Source of the DNA: Opitutales bacterium
Lineage (GTDB): Bacteria > Verrucomicrobiota > Verrucomicrobiia > Opitutales > UBA2987
Assembly: GCA_021772515.1 (NCBI GenBank)
Contig: JAJFLU010000009.1
Location: 5,929 to 69,928, forward strand
Direction: 5' to 3'
DNA: 64,000 nucleotides
Shown: positions 27,912 through 37,631 of the stretch, piece after piece
Layout of the letters: every line of letters starts with the position of its first letter
Numbering within the stretch: position 1 is the first letter of the stretch
Notes under the pieces: model-generated
What the model was told of the DNA's origin: nothing
What the model saw: only the letters and a program-made list of their open reading frames with translations
The model's database searches: none
Position numbers and translations under genes: made by a program

Positions 27912-29072
27912 TCAAATATACTCTTCGTTTGAATCATATGCGATGGAAAGTATTTCCGGTGAAAAATAGGTTTTGGGGCGAATGTCTTTTAATTCCTGCA
28001 AAATACCCGCCTCTTCCAATTTGATTAAATCGGATTTGGCCGTGAAATACACCACATCGAATTTCTTGCTTATATCGCTCACACGGACGTATGGCGAATC
28101 AAACAGATCTTGAATAATTTGATGGGTTCGAGGGCTTCCAGCACGAAGTCTCTTTGGTAATGCTTCTTTCAGGCTAATCAACCGGTCACAACGACTTATG
28201 GCATCATTGGCCTGCCGAATAGTTCCTGTCAGGCAAAAATCAATCCACTTTTCCCACGCCCCTTCCGTGCTTATGCGAAACAGGTTGTCAATATATTCAT
28301 CTTTATACCGCTCAAAAAATGCACTCATGTACAACAACGGCATTTCGTGCTTACACCACTTAGCGATCATCAGTGACAGCAACACGCGGCCAATTCTACC
28401 GTTTCCGTCGCCAAAGGGATGGATGGCCTCGAATTGGTAATGCACCAAAAATGCTCTTACAAGCGGGTCATACATAGCATCATCGTGGTTCATGTATTTT
28501 TCGAGACGATCAAGGCAATCGACAAGATGGGGGATGGGCGGAGGCACAAAACGTCTATCAGAACCGATGGCAACTTGATGCTTTCTATACTCCCCCGGAT
28601 TACTGCGGTGTCCGCGAACCCCGCCTAAAAGAGTAGCATGTAACTCACTTACCAGCCTGTGACAAAAAGGCATTTTTTCTAGCAAGCTGTCTCCATGTAA
28701 TAGGGCCAGATTATAGTTAGCCACCTCCTTCCATGCATTTACTTGATCCGTTTTTGATTTAGGTTCTTTCGGATCGAGTTCAAAAAGGAATAATTGTTGC
28801 GCAGTGGCATAAGTCCCTTCCAGGCGCGATGAGGTGATGGCTTCGCGGCGCCTTAATGGACTCAGGAGCAGGTGGGGATTGGCCAATGTTCTACCAATGC
28901 CATCCAGTCGACCCAGAGTTTCCTTGGCATGGGCGAGTTTTGGCCAAAGATTGTTTGGAAACTCCCATTTCGGTGGTAGCGGATCGGGGACAAATGCCAG
29001 CTCACTTTCTTGCAGAACCTTGATTGGAAAAAGTTGGCCGGTTTTCCCAGTCGTAAATCGCGATGCATCCAT
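27912..29072 (-). CDS. Fic family protein (AMPylase type, N-terminal autoinhibitory helix, C-terminal wHTH-like)
   Basis: Canonical Fic motif HPFGDGNGRIGR. Upstream inhibitory motif SSRLEG ([ST]xxxE[GN]). Visibly lower GC than its neighbours. Confidence 0.93.
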   Translation of the reverse strand: MDASRFTTGKTGQLFPIKVLQESELAFVPDPLPPKWEFPNNLWPKLAHAKETLGRLDGIGRTLANPHLLLSPLRRREAITSSRLEGTYATAQQLFLFELDPKEPKSKTDQVNAWKEVANYNLALLHGDSLLEKMPFCHRLVSELHATLLGGVRGHRSNPGEYRKHQVAIGSDRRFVPPPIPHLVDCLDRLEKYMNHDDAMYDPLVRAFLVHYQFEAIHPFGDGNGRIGRVLLSLMIAKWCKHEMPLLYMSAFFERYKDEYIDNLFRISTEGAWEKWIDFCLTGTIRQANDAISRCDRLISLKEALPKRLRAGSPRTHQIIQDLFDSPYVRVSDISKKFDVVYFTAKSDLIKLEEAGILQELKDIRPKTYFSPEILSIAYDSNEEYI

Positions 29073-29304
29073 GACTATTATTTTACATAAATTTAAATTT
29101 AATCAATATTATTTAAATATTAGGCGATAAAATGTAAGCTTTAATCTGTTTTATTAAATTTTATGCAAAATATTTAACTACTATGCAAACTTATTAAAAA
29201 ATAATGTATTTATTTGGTATTTTGCTCCCGTATTGATATTTCGGAAGAATTACCTGTTACAAATCCATTATATAAATTTTAATAATCAATTAATTGAGTA
29301 ATTC
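29073..29304. promoter_or_regulatory. Very AT-rich divergent intergenic region (fic <-> manC)
   Basis: 232 bp, mostly A/T (ttattttacataaatttaaatttaatcaatattatttaaatatt...), unlike the rest of the window. It must carry the promoters for both divergent genes. Exact -35/-10 elements were not assigned. Confidence 0.35.
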
Positions 29305-30396
29305 ATGAGTCAGCGATTTGCCGTAATTATGGCTGGGGGGCGCGGGGAGCGTTTCTGGCCGCAGAGCCGTTTGAAGCGGCCCAAGCACCTATTGCCTATC
29401 ATTGGCGATACGCCGATGCTTTGTCAGACGGTAGATAGATTGGCCGGTCTTGTGCCGCCCGAAAATGTCTTCGTCATCACCAATCGCGAGCAGCGTCCCG
29501 GAGTGCTTGCGGCCTGCCCCGACCTTGAACCGGCCAATGTGATCGGGGAACCCGTTGGGCGGGACACGGCGGCGGCGGTGGGGTTGGCGGCGATATTGGT
29601 GAAATCAAGTGATGATGCGGGGAGCGCCTTTGCCATTTTGCCCGCCGATGCCGCCATCCACGATACGAAAGGGTTTCAAAAAACCCTCGCCACTGCTTTT
29701 GAGGTGGCGGAAAACGGGGAGTATCTGGTTACGGTGGGGATAAAACCAAATAATCCGGCAACGGGGTATGGTTATATTCAAAAAGGGGAACGATTGCGAC
29801 CTGCGGGGGTGGATGCCATTTTCGAGGTCAAACGTTTCGTGGAAAAACCCGATTTGCCGACAGCGGAAAAATACCTGCAATCGGGGGAATATTTCTGGAA
29901 TGCCGGAATGTTTGTCTGGCGGACGGATGTTATAGGCAACGCTCTTTCGGTTTATACCCCCGAACTCTGGAAGGCTTTGGACAAAATTGAGGATGGAATT
30001 GGCGATGGCGAAAATCTGGATTCCCTTTTGGCGGAGCACTACCCAAATCTCGATAAAATTTCCATCGATTACGCGGTTATGGAGAAAGCGGATAATGTTC
30101 TTACGGTCGAAGCGAATTTCGATTGGGATGATGTCGGCGAGTGGCCCGCCATTGCCCGGCATCAATCGAGCGACCCCAAAGGGAATGTCTTGCAGGGAAA
30201 GGGAATGATTCGGGACGGCTCCGGCAATATCGTGGTAAACGAGAAAGGACATTTTACCGCAATTATCGGGGTTGATGATTTGATTGTCGTGCAAACCGGC
30301 GATGCTACTTTGATATGTCCCAAGTCAAAGGCCCAGGAAATCAAAAAACTGGTTAAGGAAATCGAGAAAAACTCGGATTTGGAGCATTTGCTGTGA
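29305..30396 (+). CDS. manC: Mannose-1-phosphate guanylyltransferase
   Basis: 363 aa. IMAGGRGERFWP, GYGYI, and EKPD..A..Y...G.YFWNAGMF motifs. No PMI domain. Confidence 0.9.
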   Translation: MSQRFAVIMAGGRGERFWPQSRLKRPKHLLPIIGDTPMLCQTVDRLAGLVPPENVFVITNREQRPGVLAACPDLEPANVIGEPVGRDTAAAVGLAAILVKSSDDAGSAFAILPADAAIHDTKGFQKTLATAFEVAENGEYLVTVGIKPNNPATGYGYIQKGERLRPAGVDAIFEVKRFVEKPDLPTAEKYLQSGEYFWNAGMFVWRTDVIGNALSVYTPELWKALDKIEDGIGDGENLDSLLAEHYPNLDKISIDYAVMEKADNVLTVEANFDWDDVGEWPAIARHQSSDPKGNVLQGKGMIRDGSGNIVVNEKGHFTAIIGVDDLIVVQTGDATLICPKSKAQEIKKLVKEIEKNSDLEHLL

Positions 30397-30420
30397 AAAA
30401 TTGCGGATGAAAGTGCCGGT

Positions 30421-30846
30421 ATGAGGTTCTTGGGCATTGATTACGGGGAGAAAAGGATTGGGTTGAGCTATGGCGATGAACTCGGTTTGGCTGTGCCCCT
30501 CCCGGCAGCGGTGGAAAAGACGAAAAAGGAGCGCGTTGCCCATATCGGGGAAATTATCGGGGAAAGAAAAATTACGGACATCGTGGTCGGTTACCCGTTA
30601 AATATGGACGGGAGCGAGGGTTTTAAAGCCAGGGAAGTCGAGGCCTTTGTCGAATTGCTGGTTAAGCGTTTCCCTCTTCCCGTGCATCGTGCCGACGAGC
30701 GGTTGAGCACCCACCAGGCTGCCAGCGACCTGCGGGCAACGGGGAAAAAAGCGCATCGGAAATCAGGGGAACTCGATTCACGCGCTGCGACGGTTATTCT
30801 TCAGGATTATCTCGACGAGCAACAGATCAGCCCACCGCCCGGATGA
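30421..30846 (+). CDS. ruvX: Holliday junction resolvase-like nuclease RuvX/YqgF
   Basis: 141 aa. FLGIDYGEKRIGLS...VVGYPLNMDGSEG...DERLST. Confidence 0.93.
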   Translation: MRFLGIDYGEKRIGLSYGDELGLAVPLPAAVEKTKKERVAHIGEIIGERKITDIVVGYPLNMDGSEGFKAREVEAFVELLVKRFPLPVHRADERLSTHQAASDLRATGKKAHRKSGELDSRAATVILQDYLDEQQISPPPG

Positions 30847-30865
30847 GATGACGGCAGTTTGAGGG

Positions 30866-32266
30866 TTACTTATTTTTGTTCCGCGTCTTCATCCAGTCTC
30901 GAAACCGTCCACCACGCCATCGGGGGAATTTGCGGACACTTTGCCATGCTTGCAAGGCCGGTATGGGAAATGCCTGTCCCGGCGGGTAATTCAGGGCATA
31001 GCCCAAACGGAGAGCGGTTTTCCAGGCCAGCGGTTGACTAGCCATGACCGCCCAAAGTCCCATCGGGGGAGTGCCCGCGCCGGATTTATCGGGCGCTTCC
31101 CGTTTTCCCTTGTCGCGTAAACGCAGAAGCAGGTCGGGAATCGGGATATCCACGGGGCAAACTTCGTTGCAGGCTCCACAAAGGCTGGATGCCTTGGGCA
31201 AATCCGCAAATTCCGCGAACTTTTCCCCGGCCAGAAGCGGGCTCAGGACCGACCCCACGGGGCCGCCGTAGGTGCTGCGATAGGCAAAACCGCTGGCCTG
31301 ACGGTAAACCGGGCAGATATTCTGACAGGCGCCACAGCGGATGCAGCGCAGAATTTCACGGCAGTTCGAGTCGAGCACCTCCGTGCGCCGGTTGTCCACG
31401 AAGACCACATGCATTTGCTCGGGGCCGTGGGGCTGCCCTTTTGCCTTTGGCCCACCGATAAACTGGTTGTAAACCGTCAACCGCTGTCCGGTGCCGGAAC
31501 GCGCGATAAGATTGTGAAAGAGAGCCAGATCGCGGTCGCGGGGAATAATTTTTTCGATACCGACGATGGCGATATGGAGGCGGGTTCCCGCCATGCAAAA
31601 ACGGGCGTTGCCCTCGTTGGTGACGATGGATAGGCGTCCGCTTTCGGCCACCACGAAGTTGGCGCCGGTCAGCCCGGCATCCGCCTCGAGGTATTTTTTG
31701 CGCAAAAAATTTCGGGCCCGTCGGGTGATGACCTCGGGCTCGTCATTGTAGGCCCCCAAACCTTCACGCTCGAAACATTCGGCTACCTCGCGGCGATTTT
31801 TGTGGATGATGGGCGCGATAATATGGCTGGGACGGTCGTGATCGAGCTGCACTATCAATTCTCCGAGGTCGGATTCCAGGCTCTCGACCCCGTTTTTGTT
31901 GAGAAAATCGTTCAGCTCGGTTTCCTCGCTCAACATGCTTTTGCTTTTAACCACCTTGCGGCAGTGGTTTTTTTGCAAAATATCGAGGACGATCTGATTG
32001 CAACTGACTCCATCGGAGGCGAAATGCACTTTGGCACCGTTTTCGGTAAACTTTTTTTCAGCCAGCTCGAGATAGTGGTCGAGGTGTTCCAGGGTGTGCT
32101 GCTTGATTTGCCCCGCCAGACGGCGCAGGCGATCGGGGTCGGGGTAATCGTGGGCAAATATCGCCTTTCGCCTCTCGGCAACGGTTTTTGTCACCAGATA
32201 AACAGCCTTCTGCCGATCGGGGGCAATATCCCTGGCGTGTTGATCGATTTCCTGAAGCGTTTTCAC
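30866..32266 (-). CDS. lutB: Lactate utilization protein B (LUD + 4Fe-4S)
   Basis: 466 aa. Two ferredoxin-type Cys clusters (CIRCGACQNICP, CGACNEVCP) and a LUD domain. 4-nt overlap with lutA. Confidence 0.92.
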   Translation of the reverse strand: MKTLQEIDQHARDIAPDRQKAVYLVTKTVAERRKAIFAHDYPDPDRLRRLAGQIKQHTLEHLDHYLELAEKKFTENGAKVHFASDGVSCNQIVLDILQKNHCRKVVKSKSMLSEETELNDFLNKNGVESLESDLGELIVQLDHDRPSHIIAPIIHKNRREVAECFEREGLGAYNDEPEVITRRARNFLRKKYLEADAGLTGANFVVAESGRLSIVTNEGNARFCMAGTRLHIAIVGIEKIIPRDRDLALFHNLIARSGTGQRLTVYNQFIGGPKAKGQPHGPEQMHVVFVDNRRTEVLDSNCREILRCIRCGACQNICPVYRQASGFAYRSTYGGPVGSVLSPLLAGEKFAEFADLPKASSLCGACNEVCPVDIPIPDLLLRLRDKGKREAPDKSGAGTPPMGLWAVMASQPLAWKTALRLGYALNYPPGQAFPIPALQAWQSVRKFPRWRGGRFRDWMKTRNKNK

Positions 32267-33042
32267 AACAGCCCTCCGTTTTTTAGAGAATCGCGTAAAA
32301 CCTGCGCAAGGTGGAGGCGGGGCAGCGATTGCGAATCCTCTTTATCGATCATACCGCCGAGGTGAAGCAGACAGCCCATGTCCCCCGAGACCAGATAATC
32401 CGGTTTTGTGGCGGTGACATGTTCGATTTTTAAACGGCCCATGGCCGCTGATATATTGGGAAATCCGACGGAAAAAGTGCCACCGAATCCACAGCATTGG
32501 TCCATTTCTCCAAACTCGGTTATTTCAAGCCCTTCAATGCTGGAGAATAATTGAGTAGCGGCCTCGGCACTGCCGCTCCCCCGGCTGTGGCAGGAGCGGT
32601 GAAAGGCGATCTTGTGCGGGAAACGCCCCTTCCATTCTGTGATGCCGAGGCCATTGACAATGTAGTCGGAAAGTTCCCACGAACGCCCGGCGAGGTCTTG
32701 CACTTTGCCGAGATCCTCTTCCTCCTCAAATTCGAGAGGGGCTCCGTGGGTTAGCATGGCGGCGCAGGAACCGGAGGGCGCTACGACCGGCTCTTCCCCT
32801 TTGAAAACTTCCATTGTGTGCCGCATTACCTTGCGGGAAGCCTTCCAATCGCCGGAATTGAAGGCGGGTTGACCGCAGCAGGTTTGCCCTTCGGGAAAAA
32901 CCACCTCGCAACCCAGATATTCGAGCACTTCGACAGCCGCCCGTGCTGCGTCGTCAAAAAAGGCATCGCAAATACAGGTTGCCATAAAAAACAGCCGTTT
33001 GCCCGCTGGCTTTTTCCGAGTTTGGGGATGCAGGGCCATCAA
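32263..33042 (-). CDS. lutA: Lactate utilization protein A ((Fe-S) oxidoreductase, CCG domains)
   Basis: 259 aa with two CCG motifs (TCCGQP, QCCGFGG). Confidence 0.9.
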   Translation of the reverse strand: MMALHPQTRKKPAGKRLFFMATCICDAFFDDAARAAVEVLEYLGCEVVFPEGQTCCGQPAFNSGDWKASRKVMRHTMEVFKGEEPVVAPSGSCAAMLTHGAPLEFEEEEDLGKVQDLAGRSWELSDYIVNGLGITEWKGRFPHKIAFHRSCHSRGSGSAEAATQLFSSIEGLEITEFGEMDQCCGFGGTFSVGFPNISAAMGRLKIEHVTATKPDYLVSGDMGCLLHLGGMIDKEDSQSLPRLHLAQVLRDSLKNGGLL

Positions 33043-33456
33043 TTAGGTTTGTGGCTTCGGATAACCGTAATGCTGGGTTAGGCCATCGTTTAAGTTCACC
33101 CAGGAGACTTTGTCCTCAAGCCAGATATGGCCATTGGGCGGAAAGAGGTCCGGGTTATCCATACTGCAAACGGTTACGTCGAGATCATCCGGTTTTTTGG
33201 GATCTTGGAAGGTGAGCGGCGTCCCGCATTTCGAGCAAAAGGAGCGCACCCGGTCGGCATGTTCAATTTTGGCCGGGATTCCCGTTAATATTTCGTAATC
33301 CTCGAGCTTGCAAAAAGCCCATGTGACATAAGGCGCTGCGCTTGATCGGCGGCAATCCACACAATGGCAATGATAGCCATTTCTGATCTCGCCACGAATC
33401 GCATACCGGATCGCTCCGCACAGGCAGCCGCCCTCCACTGTTTTATTTTCTTCCAT
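33043..33456 (-). CDS. GFA/CENP-V family Zn-binding protein
   Basis: 137 aa. GGCLCGAIRY...CHCVDCRR...CSKCGT cysteine pattern of the GFA family. Its stop directly abuts the lutA start. Confidence 0.88.
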   Translation of the reverse strand: MEENKTVEGGCLCGAIRYAIRGEIRNGYHCHCVDCRRSSAAPYVTWAFCKLEDYEILTGIPAKIEHADRVRSFCSKCGTPLTFQDPKKPDDLDVTVCSMDNPDLFPPNGHIWLEDKVSWVNLNDGLTQHYGYPKPQT

Positions 33457-33536
33457 GCTGACTTTTAGCTATATGCAAAATTGGTGTAAACTCGATATTG
33501 TTGGCGCGGAAATGTATTTACTGTAAAAAGGGAAGG

Positions 33537-34337
33537 CTACTCTTTTTCAGTCAGTTTATTGCCCAGGTTTTGCAGGTAGGCGATACGGACCTCGGTCATG
33601 GGGTGAGTGCTGAAATATTTTTCCCAAGCGGATTCATGTGCACTGGTTCGCATTTTTTGAAAAAATTCGAGAGAGCCGGAAATATCACCATATTTTTCAT
33701 AAACCAGGCGCAGGGCAAATTCGTCGGCTTCTCGTTCTTTGCGGCGGGAGTAACCTTTTTCGGCCGTTTCCAGGGCCATTGTCGCGGGGGAGAGGCCGTC
33801 ATAATTCAGCAACAGAGCCCCTACGATACTGAATAGCAAACCACGGCTCAACCCCTCGATGATATGGCGGTTTTCATGGTGGCCAATCTCGTGGGCCAGC
33901 ACAAAGGCCAGACCTTTTTCCATTTCAAGGAGTTCGATGATCGGGGGGGTCAATCCTATGCCGCCCCCGGGTACTGCCACGGCGTTGGGTTCGGAATTTT
34001 CCAAAATGAAAAGAGTGTAATCGAGTTCCCGCAGGGATTCATCCGCCAACAATTTGTCCAGAATTTGCTGAGGATATTCGAGGGATTCGGAGTCCAGCTC
34101 TTCTTCTTCCGAGTAAAAGTATTCACCCGCCAGTTTTTGTTCCCAACGGTCGGGAATGAATTTGGAGATGCCTGCCGCCAAAAACCCGAGGAGTATGTAA
34201 ATGATGGCGAGAAAAAGGAAGAAACCGACGATTGTTTTAAGACGATCCCCCGGCAGGCGTTTGCCACTGGAAACATCTCCGGTTTCGGGAAGGTGTTTAG
34301 GAACGAACTTCATCGGCATAAACCACTGCGGTGGCAT
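33537..34337 (-). CDS. M48 family metallopeptidase (membrane anchored)
   Basis: HEIGHH zinc motif, an N-terminal TM helix and a downstream EREADEFA pattern. The start could be one of the Met codons at 34337/34319/34313. Confidence 0.85.
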   Translation of the reverse strand: MPPQWFMPMKFVPKHLPETGDVSSGKRLPGDRLKTIVGFFLFLAIIYILLGFLAAGISKFIPDRWEQKLAGEYFYSEEEELDSESLEYPQQILDKLLADESLRELDYTLFILENSEPNAVAVPGGGIGLTPPIIELLEMEKGLAFVLAHEIGHHENRHIIEGLSRGLLFSIVGALLLNYDGLSPATMALETAEKGYSRRKEREADEFALRLVYEKYGDISGSLEFFQKMRTSAHESAWEKYFSTHPMTEVRIAYLQNLGNKLTEKE

Positions 34338-34752
34338 AGGCCAGAGCTTCCACGCTGCCGATGGCTTTTTTTGCCCCCTTGGATATGGATGAGGTTTCCA
34401 CCCGTAAGTTGAGGTAAAGATCGGCCTTGGGAAAGGATTCCTTCATGCGTAAAACGGCTTCGCGGCGAGCGCGATCAACGAGGGAGGAATAGGAGGCAAT
34501 TTCGCCCCCGAAAAAATGCCGCAAACCAGCCAGAAAGCGTTTGTAATAATCAATCGATACCACGACCGAGCCAATAACCAGTTGGACCTCTTTGACGGGC
34601 CGATCCTCGGGCAGGTAATCGAAGGAAATCACCGGAACATGCACAGTTTCCCGTTCCCGCTTACGAATATCGGCGTAATGTTTGGACTCTTTCTGTTTAC
34701 CCACAACAAATCCCAAAATCAACAAAAGAAGAAAGAAGATCAGGTTTTCCAT
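34297..34752 (-). CDS. YbjQ/UPF0145 (heavy-metal-binding domain) protein with N-terminal TM helix
   Basis: 151 aa. TM helix MENLIFFLLLLILGFVVG, then GSVVVSIDYYKRFLAGLRHFFGGEI...ADLYLNLRVETS...AYATAV, typical of YbjQ. Confidence 0.8.
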   Translation of the reverse strand: MENLIFFLLLLILGFVVGKQKESKHYADIRKRERETVHVPVISFDYLPEDRPVKEVQLVIGSVVVSIDYYKRFLAGLRHFFGGEIASYSSLVDRARREAVLRMKESFPKADLYLNLRVETSSISKGAKKAIGSVEALAYATAVVYADEVRS

Positions 34753-34793
34753 GGCGATTCAGGATTTTCCGAAAGATGTTTCCTAACCAGACC

Positions 34794-35105
34794 CTAAACG
34801 CGCACCGCCGTGCCGTAGGAGAGGATTTCGGCAGCACCCTGAGCAACCGATGCGGTTGAGAAACGAACATTGAGGACCGCATTGGCGCCCATTTCACTGG
34901 CCTGTTGTATCATCCGTTCGACGGCCTCACGACGGCTTTCCTGAAGAAGCTCGGTGTAGCCCTTGAGTTCGCCACCGACGATGTTTTTAAGCCCGGCCAT
35001 CATATCGCGGCCCACATGCTTGGCCCTGATGGTGCTACCCTGGACAACTCCGTAATGTTCGATGATCGGTCTCCCGGGAATATGATCAATATTTGTGACA
35101 ATCAT
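34794..35105 (-). CDS. YbjQ/UPF0145 family protein (soluble)
   Basis: I chose the start at MIVTNIDHIPGRPI (cat 35103-35105). GVVQGSTIRAKHVGRDMMAGLKNIVGGEL...ANAVLNVRF...YGTAV. Confidence 0.85.
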   Translation of the reverse strand: MIVTNIDHIPGRPIIEHYGVVQGSTIRAKHVGRDMMAGLKNIVGGELKGYTELLQESRREAVERMIQQASEMGANAVLNVRFSTASVAQGAAEILSYGTAVRV

Positions 35106-35205
35106 AATGGTGTTTTTTCCTTGTTTAACAATTTCTGCCGAAGGCGAAAGGTATGATCCGGTTAGACTCAATACGGGTCAAGGTAAATAACCGTTGGCAG
35201 CAAAT

Positions 35206-36411
35206 TCATAAAGTGGGCGAGTCGGAAAAACTCCCGACGATAATGCGTCCGACATTGAGCGAGGCGGTGGCGGCGGGTGAGGGGGCGTTGCAGACATTGA
35301 TGACCCGATCCGACCTTTGGATAAAAAAATCATCGAGCAATTTGCCATCGGGAAACAGCGCCTGCGCACGGATGCCCGCCGGGGCGGGTTCGAGGTGTTC
35401 AGAACGGATTTCGGGAACGAGCCGCTGGAGGGCTTTGACAAACGCCTTTTTGCTGATGGAACGCCACATTTCACCCATCCCCATGCGCCAGTATTTCAGG
35501 GAAATTTTCCAGAAGGCCGGATAGGAAAGTGTGTCGAAAAGTTCGGGCAGGTTGAGATCGGTTTTAAAATAACCCTCGCGCCCGAAGGCCAAAACGGCGT
35601 TGGGGCCGCATTCGACGGAGCCGTCGATCATCCGGGTAAAATGGACCCCGAGAAATGGAAAGGCGGGATCGGGGACGGGATAGATGAGATTTTTGCAAAG
35701 GTGGTGGCCCTCCGGTTTTATATCGAAGTATTCCCCCCGAAAAGGCACGATACGCATTTCCCTTTTTTGGCTCATGGCGGTCACTTTGTCCGAATAAAGG
35801 CCCGCGCAATTGATTACATAATCCGTCTCGAAGGCACCCGTGGAAGTTTCCAAAATTACGCCCTCAGGCTGTTTGCGGTTAGTCATACCGATGACCCTGA
35901 CCCCGGTTTTTACCTGCCCGCCTTTTTCCGTAACAATTTCGGCCAGCCTGCGGCAAACCTGCCGGTAATTGACGATTCCCGCTTCCGGGACATGGATCGC
36001 CTGGATGCCGTTGCAGTGCGGCTCGATTTCACGCAAGCGCTCGGGACCGATGATTTCGCATTCGACGCCATTGGCTTTGCCGCGTTTGTAAATCGCCTCC
36101 ATGCGGGAAATTTCAGAAGGGTCGGTGGCTACAATTACCTTGCCGCAAATATCGAAATCGATGCCCTCTTTCCGGCAAAAATCCTCCATCGCATGTTTGC
36201 CCGCGCGGCAGTTGACGGCCTTTAACGACCCCGGTTTGTAATAGATGCCCGAGTGGAGCACGCCGGAGTTGCGACCGGTCTGATGGAGCGCCAAGTCGTT
36301 TTCTTTCTCCAAAACCAAGACCCTGCTGCCGGGTCGCTCCTTGAGAAAATTGTAAGCGCTTGAAAGGCCGACGATGCCTCCCCCCACGATAATGACATTG
36401 GCATTTTCCAT
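35206..36411 (-). CDS. lhgO: L-2-hydroxyglutarate oxidase-like FAD-dependent oxidoreductase
   Basis: 401 aa. The N-terminal dinucleotide fold [15 protein letters not shown] and colinear similarity resemble LhgO/DAO-family enzymes. Confidence 0.85.
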   Translation of the reverse strand: MENANVIIVGGGIVGLSSAYNFLKERPGSRVLVLEKENDLALHQTGRNSGVLHSGIYYKPGSLKAVNCRAGKHAMEDFCRKEGIDFDICGKVIVATDPSEISRMEAIYKRGKANGVECEIIGPERLREIEPHCNGIQAIHVPEAGIVNYRQVCRRLAEIVTEKGGQVKTGVRVIGMTNRKQPEGVILETSTGAFETDYVINCAGLYSDKVTAMSQKREMRIVPFRGEYFDIKPEGHHLCKNLIYPVPDPAFPFLGVHFTRMIDGSVECGPNAVLAFGREGYFKTDLNLPELFDTLSYPAFWKISLKYWRMGMGEMWRSISKKAFVKALQRLVPEIRSEHLEPAPAGIRAQALFPDGKLLDDFFIQRSDRVINVCNAPSPAATASLNVGRIIVGSFSDSPTL

Positions 36412-36501
36412 TAGTGGAAAACATGTGGGTATTGACTGCGAGCATCAAGCCCGAATACTTTAAATGGCGCGGTTTTAATTTAATCTCAATAGTTTCAGTT
36501 T

Positions 36502-37620
36502 GTGCGGAAAACGCTCCTATCTCTCGTGGTCGCCTCGACGGCTTCTTTCTTTTTTTTCTCCGGTTCCGGTTGTTCGCAGGAATCAAAGACGGACGGCCCA
36601 TCCATTGAACACACGGCAGACAAACCGGTGGTTATCAAGCTGACCTCTCTGTTTAACCAGAGTGCGCCGATTCAGGGAGAGAGCCTGAAACACTTTTCCG
36701 GGTTGGTGGAAAAAGCGAGTGGCGGGAACATCCGATTCAAGCTCTATGACCCCGGCAAGCTGGTCGCTTCGATGGAAGTGCTCGATGCGGTTTCGGCTGG
36801 AAAGGTCGATGCGGGATATTCCTCGCCGGGCTTTTGGATGGGAAAGATTCCGGCGGCTCCATTGTTTACGGCTGCGCCCTTTGGCCCCGATTCGAGTGAA
36901 TTCCTGTCCTGGCTTCTGGCCGGAAACGGGGAAACTCTTTATCAGGAAATGTATGACCGCTATGGGTTCAATGTGAAAGCCCAAATTTGTGGAATGTCTC
37001 CACCGGAGACCTCTGGCTGGTTCGCCCGTGAAATCAAAAGCCGGGATGACCTCGAGGGATTGAAGATTCGATTTTTTGGCCTGGGGGGAAGCGTTATGGC
37101 GAAGTTGGGCGCATCCATCAGTTTCCTGCCGCCGGGAGAAATTTTTCCCGCATTGGAGAAGGGGGTCATCGATGCCACCGAATATGCTATGCCGAGTATG
37201 GACGAGGATTTGGGGTTCTATAAAATCGTGAAATACAACTACTATCCGGGTTGGCATCAACAGTCGTCGGCTCTCGAACTGCTCATTAACAACGAAGTGT
37301 GGAATGAACTTTCCCCGACCCAAAAGACCCTTATTGAGATGGCCTGCCATGATACCACTGTCTATTCCATCGCGAGAGGGGAATCGACACAGGCGGAGGT
37401 AATGCTGCGTAACGAGAGGGAACGCGGGGTGAAAAATGTCACCTGGTCGCCTGAGATGCTTCAGTTATTTAACAAAGCCTGGCGGGAGGTCGCCGCCGAA
37501 GAATCCTCCGCCGATCCTTTTTTTAAAAAAGTCTATGACGACTATTCTGAATTTCGCAAAAAATATGCCGTTTGGGGAAGCAAGGCCTATTTGCCGCGAC
37601 CAACCGTTCGGGATCAATAA
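36502..37620 (+). CDS. TRAP transporter substrate-binding lipoprotein (DctP family), paralog 1
   Basis: GTG start, lipobox FSGSGC. Long blocks are shared with paralogs 2 and 3 (GKIPAAPLF, PPETSGWFA, EIFPALEKGVIDATE, YYPGWHQQS). Confidence 0.88.
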   Translation: MRKTLLSLVVASTASFFFFSGSGCSQESKTDGPSIEHTADKPVVIKLTSLFNQSAPIQGESLKHFSGLVEKASGGNIRFKLYDPGKLVASMEVLDAVSAGKVDAGYSSPGFWMGKIPAAPLFTAAPFGPDSSEFLSWLLAGNGETLYQEMYDRYGFNVKAQICGMSPPETSGWFAREIKSRDDLEGLKIRFFGLGGSVMAKLGASISFLPPGEIFPALEKGVIDATEYAMPSMDEDLGFYKIVKYNYYPGWHQQSSALELLINNEVWNELSPTQKTLIEMACHDTTVYSIARGESTQAEVMLRNERERGVKNVTWSPEMLQLFNKAWREVAAEESSADPFFKKVYDDYSEFRKKYAVWGSKAYLPRPTVRDQ

Positions 37621-37631
37621 ATTTTCTCAAC

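Noticed and set aside
35317-36225. 302-aa ORF on the plus strand
   Set aside because: It is antisense to the lhgO-like FAD oxidoreductase, which has clear motifs. The translation has no family resemblance.
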